Below are positions 1-11,309 of a stretch of 64,000 nt of DNA, one piece after another. Location: contig CP067995.1 of assembly GCA_045159875.1 (NCBI GenBank), forward strand, positions 2,432,001-2,496,000, in the 5' to 3' direction. Each line of letters opens with the position of its first letter. Positions within the stretch are counted from its first letter, which is position 1. The stretch comes from a cyanobacterium endosymbiont of Rhopalodia gibba (GTDB lineage: Bacteria > Cyanobacteriota > Cyanobacteriia > Cyanobacteriales > Microcystaceae). The position numbers were made by a program, and so were the translations under genes. The notes beneath the pieces are model-generated. The model made no database searches. It was not told the origin of the DNA and saw only the letters and a program-made list of their open reading frames with translations.

Positions 1-201
1 AATTTAGTGGCTGCGTTTAGTGAAAAAGTGAATGAAGAAAAGAAACTGATGGCAGGTAAGTTCATCGGTGAAATTGCTAAAATCTGTGGAGGAGGTGGCG
101 GAGGTCGTCCTAATTTAGCCCAGGCAGGGGGAAGGGATACTAGAAAGTTAGCTGAAGCTTTATTAACGGCTAAACAGCGATTAGTAGAGAATTTACAATA
201 A
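1..201 (+). CDS. alaS: Alanine--tRNA ligase, C-terminal end (gene starts before the window)
   Basis: Translation [27 protein letters not shown] is the typical AlaRS C-terminal DHHA1 signature; stop at 201. Confidence 0.93.
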   Translation, partial: NLVAAFSEKVNEEKKLMAGKFIGEIAKICGGGGGGRPNLAQAGGRDTRKLAEALLTAKQRLVENLQ

Positions 202-539
202 TGACAAAAAAAGGGTGAGTAGAAATTATTTTATTTTTTTCCCATCAATCTCAATTTTCAAATCAGTGCTTGCCCTGATGCAAATTTTCATCGAAGATGA
301 AGTAAAATTTTTAATATATAAAGCACATAAATTGATTCAATAAAGCAATACTATTTAAGTAATTTCTCTTATCTACTCATGACCATCTCACTAGATAAAT
401 GACACTTTCATCTTAACCTATAAAATAATTAATCACACTACGATCATGTTATGCACAACAACATGGGCTAGTCTGTAGTTGTGATAATTAAAAAACTTTT
501 TGAAGTCCTGCTAAGTCTACTCGGTGTGAATTCTCTTTT

Positions 540-1000
540 AGATAATCATTACCTTGGTTTTAAAAGAATCGGCTTTTTGATACTAAAAATAAAGAATGGG
601 TAATCAATAAAAGATGAGACTATTGTTTTGACTATATCCTACAACTATAAAAACTTAATTTTATTACAGCTAGCCTAGAAAGGCTATAGTTTTTAAAAAA
701 ATTCTAACAAAAAAACGTAAATCTCACTTTTAGTATTAGTTATATTCGAACATTAATTGCCTTGTAAATTTTCCTATGATTTAGGATTTACCTTTTATGA
801 GTAATTGCCTTAATTCACTTTTATATAGGTCTAGAAATACCAAACCATGTAAGTTTCAATAATTTTCCTATTTGATTAATCTGATAGCTAACCATCCCTA
901 GACTATTAATTGCTATGGTGATGTTTTATAAAACATCTGATTTTCAATATTTCTTTGCTTTTTCGATTTTATCCTATTACCCTTCTGAGTTAAATTATGA
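540..1000 (-). mobile_element. Highly eroded IS630-family transposase fragment
   Basis: Minus-strand fragment MVSYQINQIGKLLK resembles cyanobacterial IS630 ...PVSYSYSRIGEQK; shares ttttcctatttga with the fragment near 7060. Many stops; boundaries approximate. Confidence 0.4.
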
Positions 1001-1377
1001 TTGCAACAAACAAGTTAATTGTCCCTGATTAATTTTACACAAACTTACTGAGTCGAACATCGTAATAAGTAAGTAGGCAATACAATAACTCGCTTATCGA
1101 CAAAGAGATTAGTGATGTCTTAGAGTATAGTTAATAAAATTTTCCACTTCTTCAACACGAAGTCGTACCTAAGAAGTTTCATGATAAAAACGAATTTTGA
1201 CTAAAAATAACCTGGATATTTCAGCAGACAAAAATATTATCTACTCCCTCTAGAGGTCCTTATTGCTGATTACAAAACATGTTAATTGCCCTGAATTTAG
1301 CAATAATTTTTACTTTATAAAGTTTCTATGGTTTACTTTTGAGCAAGGAATCATAATCAAGGTAATTTTCTCTAAAA

Positions 1378-2720
1378 TTGTTTGTGATAGAATCTATTCC
1401 TGAATTTCAAACCTTTTTATTATTACAACGTTTACAATGGACTTTGAGTAAGGTGAATTACCTCAAAAATACCCAAAATCACTGTCTCGACATATTCTTT
1501 GACCAAGCCGATAGGAATATAAGGACCAGTCATTCTGAGATCTCCTTAGGCTATGAAAGAGCTTTTAACCAAAGATTGCAAGAAATTAAGCGCACCAAGT
1601 TAATACAATCAACTGTCCCAACTTATTGTCGGGGATGATCTCGCTACAATGATAGATGGCACCATTACGGTGGTGCTCTTTTTTTATGGCGAACGACTTA
1701 AAAGCTATGGAGACTTAACAATCTATATCACTAAAGAAGTCATGGATTAACTTCCAACAGATCAATCATTTTTAGGATGAAGTGCCATGTAATCTGTCTC
1801 TCTAAAAGTTGTTATGGAGACTGTCTTTGGAATCAGTCAGGGAGGGTTCTCCCGAAGACTCCAGAGTCTTATAAGTCAGTTAACTGACTTGTCTGAGTTC
1901 CCTATCGCCTCAGCCATACCCTTTTTTTCTTTCTTCCAAAAAGACTAGTAAATTTGGAGTCTTTGAGCTAAATTTATGCGAAACTGCAACTAAGTTGATG
2001 AATTAATTTATGGAGAAATAAACACTCGCCGTTCTAACCGAAATCCCAACTGTACAGATATCCTTTCTTTGCTAATGGAAGCGCCAGATAAAACAGGAGA
2101 AACCCTTAATGATAATGAATTACGCAATGAACTAATAGTCCTATAAATTGCAGGTCATGAAACAAGACAGCGATGACCTGCAATTTATATTGACTTTATT
2201 GTTTCTCCGACGTTAAAGAAAAACTTTTCAAAGAGTTAGCTGATTTTTGGGATTCCCCTGATCCAATGACAATCTTCTGTCTTGCTTACTTAACGATGGT
2301 TTGTAGTGAAATTTTACGGATTTCACCGGTAGCGATGTTAACTTTTCCAAAAGTCGCTCAAAAACCGGTCGAGATTTTGGGTTATTCCATTGTGCCAAAG
2401 ACCCTTGTTATGAGCCGTATCTACTTGACCTTGCAACATGAAGACCTTTATGCTGATATTCGTAAGTTCAGACCAGAATGCTTTCTAGAACGGGAATATT
2501 CTCCCTATAAGTTCGTTCCTTTTGGAGGTGGGGTTTGTCGTCGTTTGGAAGAAGCATTTGCTCAATTCGAAACAAGGTTAGTTCTCAGGCACTATTGTCT
2601 ATAGTCTCAGGTTATCAACTAAAGTCATGGAAAAAACAACTAGAAAATTATAACGCCATGGACTTACTTTAATCTTCAAGTCGGGGAGTTAAAATGATGA
2701 AGTCGAAAGTCCTAGATAAT
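1378..2720 (+). pseudogene. Cytochrome P450 (CYP110-like) pseudogene
   Basis: Fragments DILSLLMEAPDKTGETLNDNELRNELIVL*IAGHET (I-helix, ~2057-2164), EILR (ExxR), FRPECF and PFGGGVCRRLE (degenerate heme motif); stops and frameshifts split it into ORFs 1378-1638 and 2266-2604. Confidence 0.9.
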
Positions 2721-2792
2721 TCACCTCAAAGAAAGACCCAACTTAATAGGGTCTAAAGTAAAACTCTTGATTCTCTATTACCTGCATCCTGA

Positions 2793-5700
2793 ATGTTCAA
2801 ACTCTCCACCTATAGTTTTTTAAAAGTCCTCGGCAGTTTATTTGGACTGTGGCTAGCCTTTGAATTACTCTCCTATCTGGTGGTGGAGTCTCTTTGGTTT
2901 CATGAGTTAGGCTATCTAAATTCCTTTTTAAAGCGGTTACTGTGGCAATTTGGGCTATTTGGTATAACAACAGGATTTTCTCTTGTTTTTTTACTGAAGA
3001 ACTTACACCAAGCACAGTATTATCAATGGCATTCTATCCCAGAACCCCCTTTTCTCGAGAAAGAACGACACATGGGGAATAGGAGCAGTCACAGCCAAAA
3101 AAACTATCAGATCTCATTTCCAGAATCCCGTTCCTTTGGTCTATCTTGGTTACTAACCTTAGTATTGTTCCTGGGAACACTGATAGGCTTGATGTTACTG
3201 TACTACAGTCAAGTTGTCTATGATGTTTGGACTCCTGATCTAACTCTTCCCAATATAACTCCCCCGCTTCCCTCTCCTTTTTATTTTAATTCCATACCAA
3301 AACTTTTTTCTCAAATTCATCAGCATCTTTGGAAGGTTGGAGTTGTTGGAGGATTAATTCTTTTGACTTTATTGAGGAGAAAATCCTATCTAAAAGCCAT
3401 GGCCATTATTTTTAGTATTATTTTTGGCTTGGTAATATCAGGGAATTGGACAAAAATTCTTCAGTATTTTAACTCAACTCCTTTTTCAGCGATAGATCCT
3501 CAATTTAGTAGAGACATCAGTTTCTATGTCTTTGAGTTACCGTTTTGGAAATTGCTTGATTTTTGGTTAGGTGGACTATTTATCTACGGCTTTGTCGCCG
3601 TTAGCCTTACCTATCTCCTATCGGGTAAAAGTCTTTCTCAAGGAGAATTTCCAGGTTTCTCGCGCCACCAACTACGTCATCTGTATCTATTAGGCGGTTT
3701 AACCATCTCGATTGTAGGATTGCGCCATTGGTTGAACCGTTATGATCTTCTATATTCTCCCCGTGGAGTGGTTTATGGGGCAAGTTACACCGATGTCCAT
3801 GTGTCATTACCCGTGCATACGACCCTATGTATCTTAGTCACTGTGATCGCTGTGTGGTTACTCCTTAAAGCCATAACAGGATTCGGTCCCCCCTCCTCTG
3901 TGCAACCTCTTAAAAGTAAGAATAGACCTTTTTTTCCTTTTTCGACCCTTCCTTTTATTTTATATTTAATCATTCTCATTTTTGGTTCATTCGCGACTGA
4001 AGTAGTTCAAAGTTTTGTAGTTCAACCGAATGAATTAGGCCGAGAACGCTCTTATATTGAACGAAGTATTGCCCTAACCCGCACCGCGTTTAATTTAGAT
4101 AAAATTCAAATCGAAACCCTTGATGCTACTGGAACTCTGACGGATGAAGATCTGCAAGATAATCATTTAACTATCAAGAATATTCGTCTGTGGGATGCTC
4201 GTCCTTTACTACAAACAAACCGTCAACTGCAACAGATTCGTCTTTATTATAAATTTCCTGACGCAGACATTGATCGTTACAAAATTCCTATAGAAAATGA
4301 ATGCTTATCCACCAACATAGCTAAACAACAGGTATTGATTGCAGCTAGGGAGCTTGATTATAATGAAGTTCCTGAACAAGCTAAAACCTGGGTTAACAAA
4401 CATTTAATTTACACTCACGGCTATGGATTTACTATGTCCTTAGTCAATCGAGTCGATCAAGGGGGATTACCATTCTATGTTGTCCAAAATATTGGGACAA
4501 CCAGCAATGCAGGGGAATTACAAACTCCAAGTGCTAACATTTGTGACAGTATTCCCATTGATAACCCTCGTATCTACTTTGGGGAATTGACCGATACTTA
4601 CATCATGACTAATACTGAGGTACAAGAATTAGACTATCCCAGCGGTCAGGATAATGCTTACAATGTCTATGATGGTCAAGGAGGTATCTCTATTGGTTCG
4701 GCAGTACGACGACTACTATTTGCCGAGTATCTCAAAGACTGGCAAATGCTGTTTACTAAAAATTTTACGTCCCAGACTCGTTTGTTGTTTCATCGTGATA
4801 TTAACCGTCGTATTCGTAAAATTGCCCCTTTTCTACACTTTGATCACGATTCTTATTTAGTCAGTGCGAAGGTAGATGACTCTAACTCTAATAAGTTAGT
4901 CAGTTCCAGTACTCTCTATTGGATTATAGATGCTTATACCACCAGTGGTGGCTATCCTTATTCTGATCCAGGAGAACACAACTTTAACTATATTCGTAAC
5001 TCCGTAAAAATCGTAATTGATGCCTATAATGGAGACGTGCAATTCTATGTTGTTGACCCCAGTGATCCTATCATTCAAACCTGGCAACAAGTTTTTCCAG
5101 ACTTATTTAAACCTTTAGAAGAAATGCCTATCACCCTCAAGGCACATATCCGCTATCCCAAAGACTTGTTTAATACTCAATCAGAAAGACTGTTAACTTA
5201 TCACATGACTGATGCTCAGGTATTTTACAATCGTGAAGATCAATGGCGCATTCCCCAGGAAATTTATGGGAGAGAACGACAGCCTATTGAACCTTATTAT
5301 CTTTTGATGCGTGTGACGGGAAAGTCTCAAGAATTTATTTTAATCAACTTTTTTACGCCTACAAGTCGCAATAATTTAATTTCAGGTTTATTTGCTCAGT
5401 CTGATGGACGAAATTATGGCAAACTGAATTTGATTCAATTACCCAAGCAACGAGTTATTTATGGACCCGAACAAATTGAAGCTTTGATTAATCAAGACCC
5501 AGTAATTTCTCAACAAATTTCCCTCTGGAATCGTCAGGGATCTCGTGTTATTCAAGGTAATCTTTTAGTCATCCCTTTTTTTGCTGAACAATCTCTTCTT
5601 TATGTAGAGCCCTTATATTTAGAAGCCGAGCAAAATAGTCTTCCGACGTTGGTAAGAGTCATCGTGATTTATGAAAATAAAATTGTTATGGCCCAGAATT

Positions 5701-5807
5701 TAGATAAGGCACTTCAATCAATTTTTGAACCTTCAGAATCTACTCCTGAGACAATTATTCGATCTCTTACAGAAGAAGAAAGACAGACATTACTAGAATT
5801 AAAATGA
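2793..5807 (+). CDS. UPF0182 family membrane protein
   Basis: 1004 aa; multi-TM N-terminus, DPQFSRDISFYVFELP, NIRLWD, HLIYTHGYG, NYIRNSVKIVIDAYNG motifs. Confidence 0.93.
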   Translation: MFKLSTYSFLKVLGSLFGLWLAFELLSYLVVESLWFHELGYLNSFLKRLLWQFGLFGITTGFSLVFLLKNLHQAQYYQWHSIPEPPFLEKERHMGNRSSHSQKNYQISFPESRSFGLSWLLTLVLFLGTLIGLMLLYYSQVVYDVWTPDLTLPNITPPLPSPFYFNSIPKLFSQIHQHLWKVGVVGGLILLTLLRRKSYLKAMAIIFSIIFGLVISGNWTKILQYFNSTPFSAIDPQFSRDISFYVFELPFWKLLDFWLGGLFIYGFVAVSLTYLLSGKSLSQGEFPGFSRHQLRHLYLLGGLTISIVGLRHWLNRYDLLYSPRGVVYGASYTDVHVSLPVHTTLCILVTVIAVWLLLKAITGFGPPSSVQPLKSKNRPFFPFSTLPFILYLIILIFGSFATEVVQSFVVQPNELGRERSYIERSIALTRTAFNLDKIQIETLDATGTLTDEDLQDNHLTIKNIRLWDARPLLQTNRQLQQIRLYYKFPDADIDRYKIPIENECLSTNIAKQQVLIAARELDYNEVPEQAKTWVNKHLIYTHGYGFTMSLVNRVDQGGLPFYVVQNIGTTSNAGELQTPSANICDSIPIDNPRIYFGELTDTYIMTNTEVQELDYPSGQDNAYNVYDGQGGISIGSAVRRLLFAEYLKDWQMLFTKNFTSQTRLLFHRDINRRIRKIAPFLHFDHDSYLVSAKVDDSNSNKLVSSSTLYWIIDAYTTSGGYPYSDPGEHNFNYIRNSVKIVIDAYNGDVQFYVVDPSDPIIQTWQQVFPDLFKPLEEMPITLKAHIRYPKDLFNTQSERLLTYHMTDAQVFYNREDQWRIPQEIYGRERQPIEPYYLLMRVTGKSQEFILINFFTPTSRNNLISGLFAQSDGRNYGKLNLIQLPKQRVIYGPEQIEALINQDPVISQQISLWNRQGSRVIQGNLLVIPFFAEQSLLYVEPLYLEAEQNSLPTLVRVIVIYENKIVMAQNLDKALQSIFEPSESTPETIIRSLTEEERQTLLELK

Positions 5808-6565
5808 ACAATTATCAGACTAAGACTAACGCTCTAATTTTTGGAGCATCAAGAGGAATCGGTTTAGGGTTTGTTAGAGCTCTTCTCGAAAAACAGGACG
5901 TCAATATTTATGCAACTTATCGTCGGAGAAATTTATCCGCCGAATTACTTTCCTTGGAAACTACACATCACCAGGTACTTCATTGCTTAGCAGTAGATGT
6001 AACAAAAGAAGAGCAAATTGCTAATCTTTCAAATTATATACAGCAAACGGAATCTAAACTTCATCTAGTAATTAACTGTGTAGGAATTCTACATCAAGGA
6101 GCCTTACAACCTGAAAAAAGTATCAGACAGATTTATTCAGAAACCTTGGTTTATTATTTTCAAGTCAATAGCATTGCTTCTGCTTTAATTGCTAAGCATT
6201 TTCTACCATTATTTTGTCATCCTAATAAAAGTATCTTGGCTTTTATTGGGGCAAAAATAGGGAGTATTGGTGATAATCATTTAGGAGGTTGGTATGGCTA
6301 TCGCGCTTCTAAAGCGGCTCTGAACATGTTTATGAGAACGATTGCCATAGAGTATAGTCGCAAATGTCCCCAAACAATTGTAGTTAGTTTACATCCTGGA
6401 ACGACTGATACAGATTTATCAAAACCTTTTCAAAAAAACATTCCCCCCAATCAATTATTCTCAATAGAGAAAACAGTCAATCAACTACTAGAAGTGATTA
6501 ATAGTTTAACTGAAAACGACAGTGGATATTTTTTCTCCTGGGATGGCAATCGTGTGCCCTGGTAG
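5804..6565 (+). CDS. Short-chain dehydrogenase/reductase (CsgA/C-factor-like)
   Basis: GASRGIG Rossmann motif, GSIGDNHLGGWYGYRASKAALN (YxxxK), LHPGTTDT; overlaps the upstream stop by 4 nt. Confidence 0.9.
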   Translation: MNNYQTKTNALIFGASRGIGLGFVRALLEKQDVNIYATYRRRNLSAELLSLETTHHQVLHCLAVDVTKEEQIANLSNYIQQTESKLHLVINCVGILHQGALQPEKSIRQIYSETLVYYFQVNSIASALIAKHFLPLFCHPNKSILAFIGAKIGSIGDNHLGGWYGYRASKAALNMFMRTIAIEYSRKCPQTIVVSLHPGTTDTDLSKPFQKNIPPNQLFSIEKTVNQLLEVINSLTENDSGYFFSWDGNRVPW

Positions 6566-6959
6566 CTTTCTTATAATTAAGTCTTAACTTAACTTTAATA
6601 ATAGGAACTATTTTACCATCGATTGATTTCTGATTAGCGTAATCGACATTATTCTCCATTAAACTTAGTCTGTTCTTCGGTTAAAACAGCATTCTCTTTA
6701 ATAAGAGTACACATACTCTATAAGGTTTTTACTAAAAAAAACATATTTTCCACAAAAATTAATCCCGTCACCCAAAATTGCCATCTCATCATATAAGAAA
6801 GACAAATAATACCTAATACATATACTATTTCTGCCGTCCCTAAAGCGCGGAACTTAAGACTTAAGTCCTCATCCTATTAATAAGTATCCGACGGCACATA
6901 ATCATAACAAAAAATTAGATAAATGCATTAATATCTAATTCAAAAAAAATACCTCAGTC

Positions 6960-7150
6960 ATTAAGAATAACTCGCACTAAACATCAAAGATAGCCCAAGT
7001 ACAGAGTATCTATCGGATGCATTTAACCTTCTCTCAAAAATAGGTTTAGCTAATCATTATAGTTTTTCCTATTTGAATAAAGATAGATTAAATAATTGCC
7101 TGGTTTATCCACCTAAGAGGAGAAAATAGAGCATTCATCAGAATAGCTAC
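6960..7150 (-). mobile_element. Eroded IS630-family transposase fragment
   Basis: Minus-strand VDKPG...YLYSNRK...RYSVLGL resembles LDESG...SYSRIG...RISILGL of cyanobacterial IS630. Confidence 0.35.
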
Positions 7151-7566
7151 TGATAATAGACATAAAATAATAAAGATTTAATTTTAATTATCTAAATAGT
7201 GTTGTTAAAAACGCATAATAAGGTTATTAAATTTCAAAAAAATATTGATAATATCAAGATATTTAAATTTTAGTTTTTAATCGCTTAACTAACTTAATCA
7301 TTAGTTAACTTAACATACAAGTATGAGCTAGTTTTACAAGAGAGTCCATTTTTTAAAAAAATCAATCCCTTTCAATTATTAAATCTTCTCTGCTTATTAT
7401 TTTCGAAATTTTTCCGTCAACCTTCTGTTTACAGTTATGATGGTGGCAGGTGATTTGTTACACTAATCCACAAACAAATTCTACCCGCAAAGCATTGTCT
7501 TAGATGTAAGTTCTAAATATTTTAGAGTCGTGCTTATGTTGGCGATGAATAACTGAGGATACTCCC

Positions 7567-7947
7567 GTGAATAATAAGTTCCCAAAATTTGTCTGGCTTA
7601 ATAACTTCGGACTTAACTGCTTGTTGACATTTTTGTTGTTGGGGCTGTTTTTGAGTTCGATAGGGTTAGGCTGGGTCCTTAATAGCTTTCTTATCCTTGT
7701 CGCTTTGATTTTTATTGCTCCAGTGATCGTTTTATGGAGAATACGCTGGTGGCTTCTACGGGATTTAGTTGAAGATAAGTGTCCAGTCTGTAGTTATGGG
7801 TTTACGGGATTTAATAAAACTGAAGGCCAATGTCCTAATTGTGGTGAACCTCTCAAGATAGAAGGAGGGCATTTTCATCGCGTTATCCAACTAGATACAA
7901 TTGATATTGATGCTGTAGAAGTCTCTGTCAATCAATTGGAAGACTGA
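7567..7947 (+). CDS. Cyanobacterial-type membrane protein with C-terminal zinc ribbon
   Basis: Two hydrophobic segments, CPVC...CPNCGE, TIDIDAVEV tail; GTG start with GAGGA upstream. Confidence 0.8.
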   Translation: MNNKFPKFVWLNNFGLNCLLTFLLLGLFLSSIGLGWVLNSFLILVALIFIAPVIVLWRIRWWLLRDLVEDKCPVCSYGFTGFNKTEGQCPNCGEPLKIEGGHFHRVIQLDTIDIDAVEVSVNQLED

Positions 7948-8040
7948 TTGAACAAATTGGATCGATTGTTGATGATAATAGTTGTTAAGATCTAATTTCT
8001 AGTGAGTGATCGCAAAGTAACTGTTACATAATTTAAAGTT

Positions 8041-8460
8041 ACGTCGGCTTTTAGCAAAGAGAATTTGCTCTGTGCGGTAAACTAGCTTGTGGTTTAATTC
8101 AGACTTTTTGAAAAAACTAAAACAAGATTACTCCTTAAGGTACAAGGAATTTATCTCGGAGATAGTTTTCTACACTGCTAGTAAGGACGCCTTTTAGATA
8201 TGCCAAACTTTCATCGGCCAAGACCCCTACGATGAAAAGTATTGTAGCGGTCTTGGCCGATGAAAGAGCAAGCTTCACATACGGACTATCAATCTTGAGT
8301 GGGGTTAGTCAGATCGCTTTGTCTTCTCTGTCTCTTCATATAGAAAAAAGACTGTATTGATTGTAAGTGACGTAAAACAGCCTGCCCGACTGATTTCTTA
8401 AGTGTATGTGTTTATTTACCGACACAAACCACTCTTAATATGAGTTTTGCATACTTAGGC
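8041..8460 (+). ncRNA. Candidate large structured non-coding RNA (unassigned)
   Basis: No ORF or recognisable protein remnant; at least 9 potential stems whose wobble pairs are G-U on the + strand; CATAAT -10-like box at 8027-8032. See findings. Confidence 0.5.
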
Positions 8461-8589
8461 TATCTGAATTTAAGTGTGTGATATGCTAACATTTTTTTTA
8501 TCTGAGCAGCTTTCCCACATATATAGAGCGATCAAACTACTCCCTTTTTTGTATTTTTTAAAAAAATTAATTGTAGTAAGGTAGACGAT

Positions 8590-9251
8590 GTTGAACCTAC
8601 AGGTTGAAAAAATTTTAGTTTAAGCAGAGACAGTCTCTGATTTTTATGTAACAATTTTGAGAATTTTGTTACGTTATTATAACTAAAATAGTGGTTATAC
8701 ACAAATTGCAAATTATTACTACTTTTCGTTGTGGAACATTTCGTTCAAACAAAGTATATGCCAATGACATCAAAATGGAAGACGAGTAGTCCTCACTCTT
8801 AAGTCCATCAGAATGAATCATTGTATTAAGTTAATCTACTGTCTTGCAGATAGATTAACGCCTGCTTTTTCTAATGTAAGACTAACTAAAAAAAGTTCAA
8901 CAAGTGAAAAAACTCGAACACAGACAGGGAAGAGACAAAAACAAACTATTGAATTCCATAATCTTTAGCTAAATTAACTAAATTTTTGATTCTTTGATAA
9001 TCTATCTTATACTGTCGGGTCAGGTCAAAACTGAATCTAGTTCCAGTAATATTAAGTACTATGTTGGAATTAGTAACAGCCTCGGTCAAACTTTCTGATT
9101 TGAGAACATCGCTAACGACCAACTCAACTTCAAAAGGAGAAGTTTTCCTGCCTGTTTACAAAATCTTAGCTAAGATTTTAACTGGAATTTAATGACTGGT
9201 CAGTTATTGAATAATATGTTCCCTTATCTATCCTGCTGCTAATACTTTCAT
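8590..9251 (-). pseudogene. NAD(P)-binding atypical SDR (Ycf39/Tic62-N-like) pseudogene
   Basis: AAGGAG then ATG at 9251: MKVLAAG*...EVELVVSDVLKSESL...YKIDYQRIKNLVNLAKDYGIQ*FVFVSSL...KKQALIYLQDS...DGLKSED; several stops and frameshifts. Confidence 0.88.
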
Positions 9252-9449
9252 CTGTCTCTCCTTAAATTGTTTGTCTGACTGGACTGATTCTACTCATATT
9301 TATCAGTCTAGATACTTAAAGCCTAATAAGCTTACCTAGCATTTTTCTTTAAGATAAAGTACAACAATAATTGGTTGTTCCTTTTTTTCAAAAAAAAGAG
9401 AGTCTTTCAACAGATTAAGTTAACTTTAAATGTTCTATAAAGGTTTGCT

Positions 9450-10160
9450 ATGGAATGCCAATGGACTGAGAATAACTCGACTGATGTGTCTAAACTATCA
9501 AAACCCCTTGAGGAAAACCCGATTTATTTCCAGACACAGTTTGTTGGCTATATGGAAATGTACAGTGATCAGCGGACAGTAACTAACTATCTTAATGCTC
9601 ATCAAGGATGGTTTTGTCGTTGTGCTGAACCGATGAAAACTGAAGCTATGGGAAAAAATGGTTATATCTTATCCGTAGGACGATTTGGTTCTTTTGGATA
9701 TGAAGTGGAGCCAAAAATAGCTGTGGTTTTATTATCATCTCAAGATGGAGGATATCTAATGAATACTATTCCTCTTCCCGAAAAATCTGATTTAGGTTAT
9801 GAGATAGATTATAAGGCTTCTATGCAATTAGAAGAAGTTTCTGCCAAACTAGCAGGAGAGGGAATAGGAAAAGCTTATAAAAAGCAAGGCTTATCTCAGT
9901 TACCAGACGTGATCACTAAAATTCAATGGCAATTACAGATGGATATTGCTATCCAACTTCCTAAATTTATTCACAAGTTACCTTCAAGAGTAATTCAGCA
10001 AACGGGCAATCGCCTTTTAAGTCAGATTATTCGCCAAATTTCTCTTTGTTTAACTTATAAAGTTCAAGAAGATTTTCATACTTGTCGTCATCTTCCCGTC
10101 CCCACGAAAAGTAGCCGCTACTTAGAGGAGGTTATGGTTTCTAAAGAAGAAGTTGTCTAA
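9450..10160 (+). CDS. DUF1997 domain-containing protein
   Basis: YLNAHQGWFCRCAEPM, GRFGSFGYEVEPKI, LTYKVQEDFH are typical of cyanobacterial DUF1997. Confidence 0.85.
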   Translation: MECQWTENNSTDVSKLSKPLEENPIYFQTQFVGYMEMYSDQRTVTNYLNAHQGWFCRCAEPMKTEAMGKNGYILSVGRFGSFGYEVEPKIAVVLLSSQDGGYLMNTIPLPEKSDLGYEIDYKASMQLEEVSAKLAGEGIGKAYKKQGLSQLPDVITKIQWQLQMDIAIQLPKFIHKLPSRVIQQTGNRLLSQIIRQISLCLTYKVQEDFHTCRHLPVPTKSSRYLEEVMVSKEEVV

Positions 10161-10249
10161 AATAAGGATTTAAAGACTGAAAGTAAATCTGATACAAGCC
10201 TAGCCGTGTTTTTTCTAACTAATTAGTCGAGCTCGAATGAGCGTAGAAC

Positions 10250-10790
10250 AGAAAAGTGGCGATTTCTAGATACCAAGCTGCCTAAAAATTCAGCTTTTAG
10301 TTAGATATTTCTAAGAAAGAGAAGGACTGTAAAATTATTCGAGACTTGCAAGAAAACAAAAAAAGCAATTCTATGGTTTCAACAACAAGAAAAACAATTA
10401 AACATAATAGCAATGTGCGAACTGAATAAAAATTTCAGTTATTTTTAATCAAAAACTAGGTTGAAAAGTAATAATTTCTACGAAATTATCAATCAAAAGA
10501 TATATGAAGCTGAAAAATGCTGTTCATACAAAAAAATAGAAATGGTAATTATTCTTGATGATGACTCACTGCGTGCAAGTAGTTTAGTTCAGGTTAAACT
10601 GAAACAATCATAAGAAAAAGAGTTATATCTATTCTTAGACTAATTTCTAGTCTAGAACTAAATACAATAGAAAGAGAATGATATCAAATAAAATCTTATA
10701 AAATAAGACATTATAAAGTTGCAGTAAGGATGTTTGAATATGAACATGCCCGAAGTATTTTATTTAAATAAAGTTTTTATAAAAAAAATT
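10250..10790 (+). mobile_element. Eroded IS630-family transposase (DDE region)
   Basis: MVIILDDDSLRASSLV...EKELYLFL...LELNTIERE*YQIKSYKI...MFEYEH matches IS630 IVQDNGSIH...GLYLFFLP.YSPELNPIEGEWHQLK...MFEDEY. Confidence 0.7.
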
Positions 10791-11309
10791 AAAAAATAAA
10801 AGTTGAAGTAATTTGTTCTTTAAGCATAGTCTACTAAATTAGTAATTAACAACTACCAAAGCTTAATGATTTTAATCATTAAGCTTTGGTAACATCAGAA
10901 CTTTTATAAAGTAAGACATTCAGCTTCTTTTATTAGAAATCTATAATACATAGTCTATTCTAGACTATGTATTTAACTATGTTTATTTAGAGCTATCTAT
11001 TTACTTAAACTTTAAAAATTGCAAATAAACTAGTCCAATAATCTGTTTTTAGATAATTTTTTTAATATCTGAGTAAATCTCATTTTTTAGAATAGTTACC
11101 GTTTTAAATGAGGATTTAGGAGGATAATGTTGACTATTTCTCTACAAACTTCTTTAAATTATCTCAACACTTCTTGATGAATAAATTAAATTACTTTCAA
11201 TCCATATATTCTGGCAATATGATATTTAGTTTCTTTCTTTATCATAATCTTGAGCTAATTCTGAATTATGACTATCTCCATCTAGATAATCACTAACCTT
11301 GATATTGTC

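Noticed and set aside
8017..8027. NtcA box upstream of the candidate ncRNA
   Set aside because: Spacing is GTA-N5-TAC, not the canonical GTA-N8-TAC.
8072..8290. Group II intron (GTGCG at 8072) or retron msr-msd reading of the structured region
   Set aside because: No domain V motif, no interrupted gene, and no reverse transcriptase anywhere in the window.
9015..9103. Rod-like fold with a central bubble resembling 6S RNA
   Set aside because: The minus strand translates as part of the NAD(P)-binding SDR pseudogene, so the pairing is most likely incidental.
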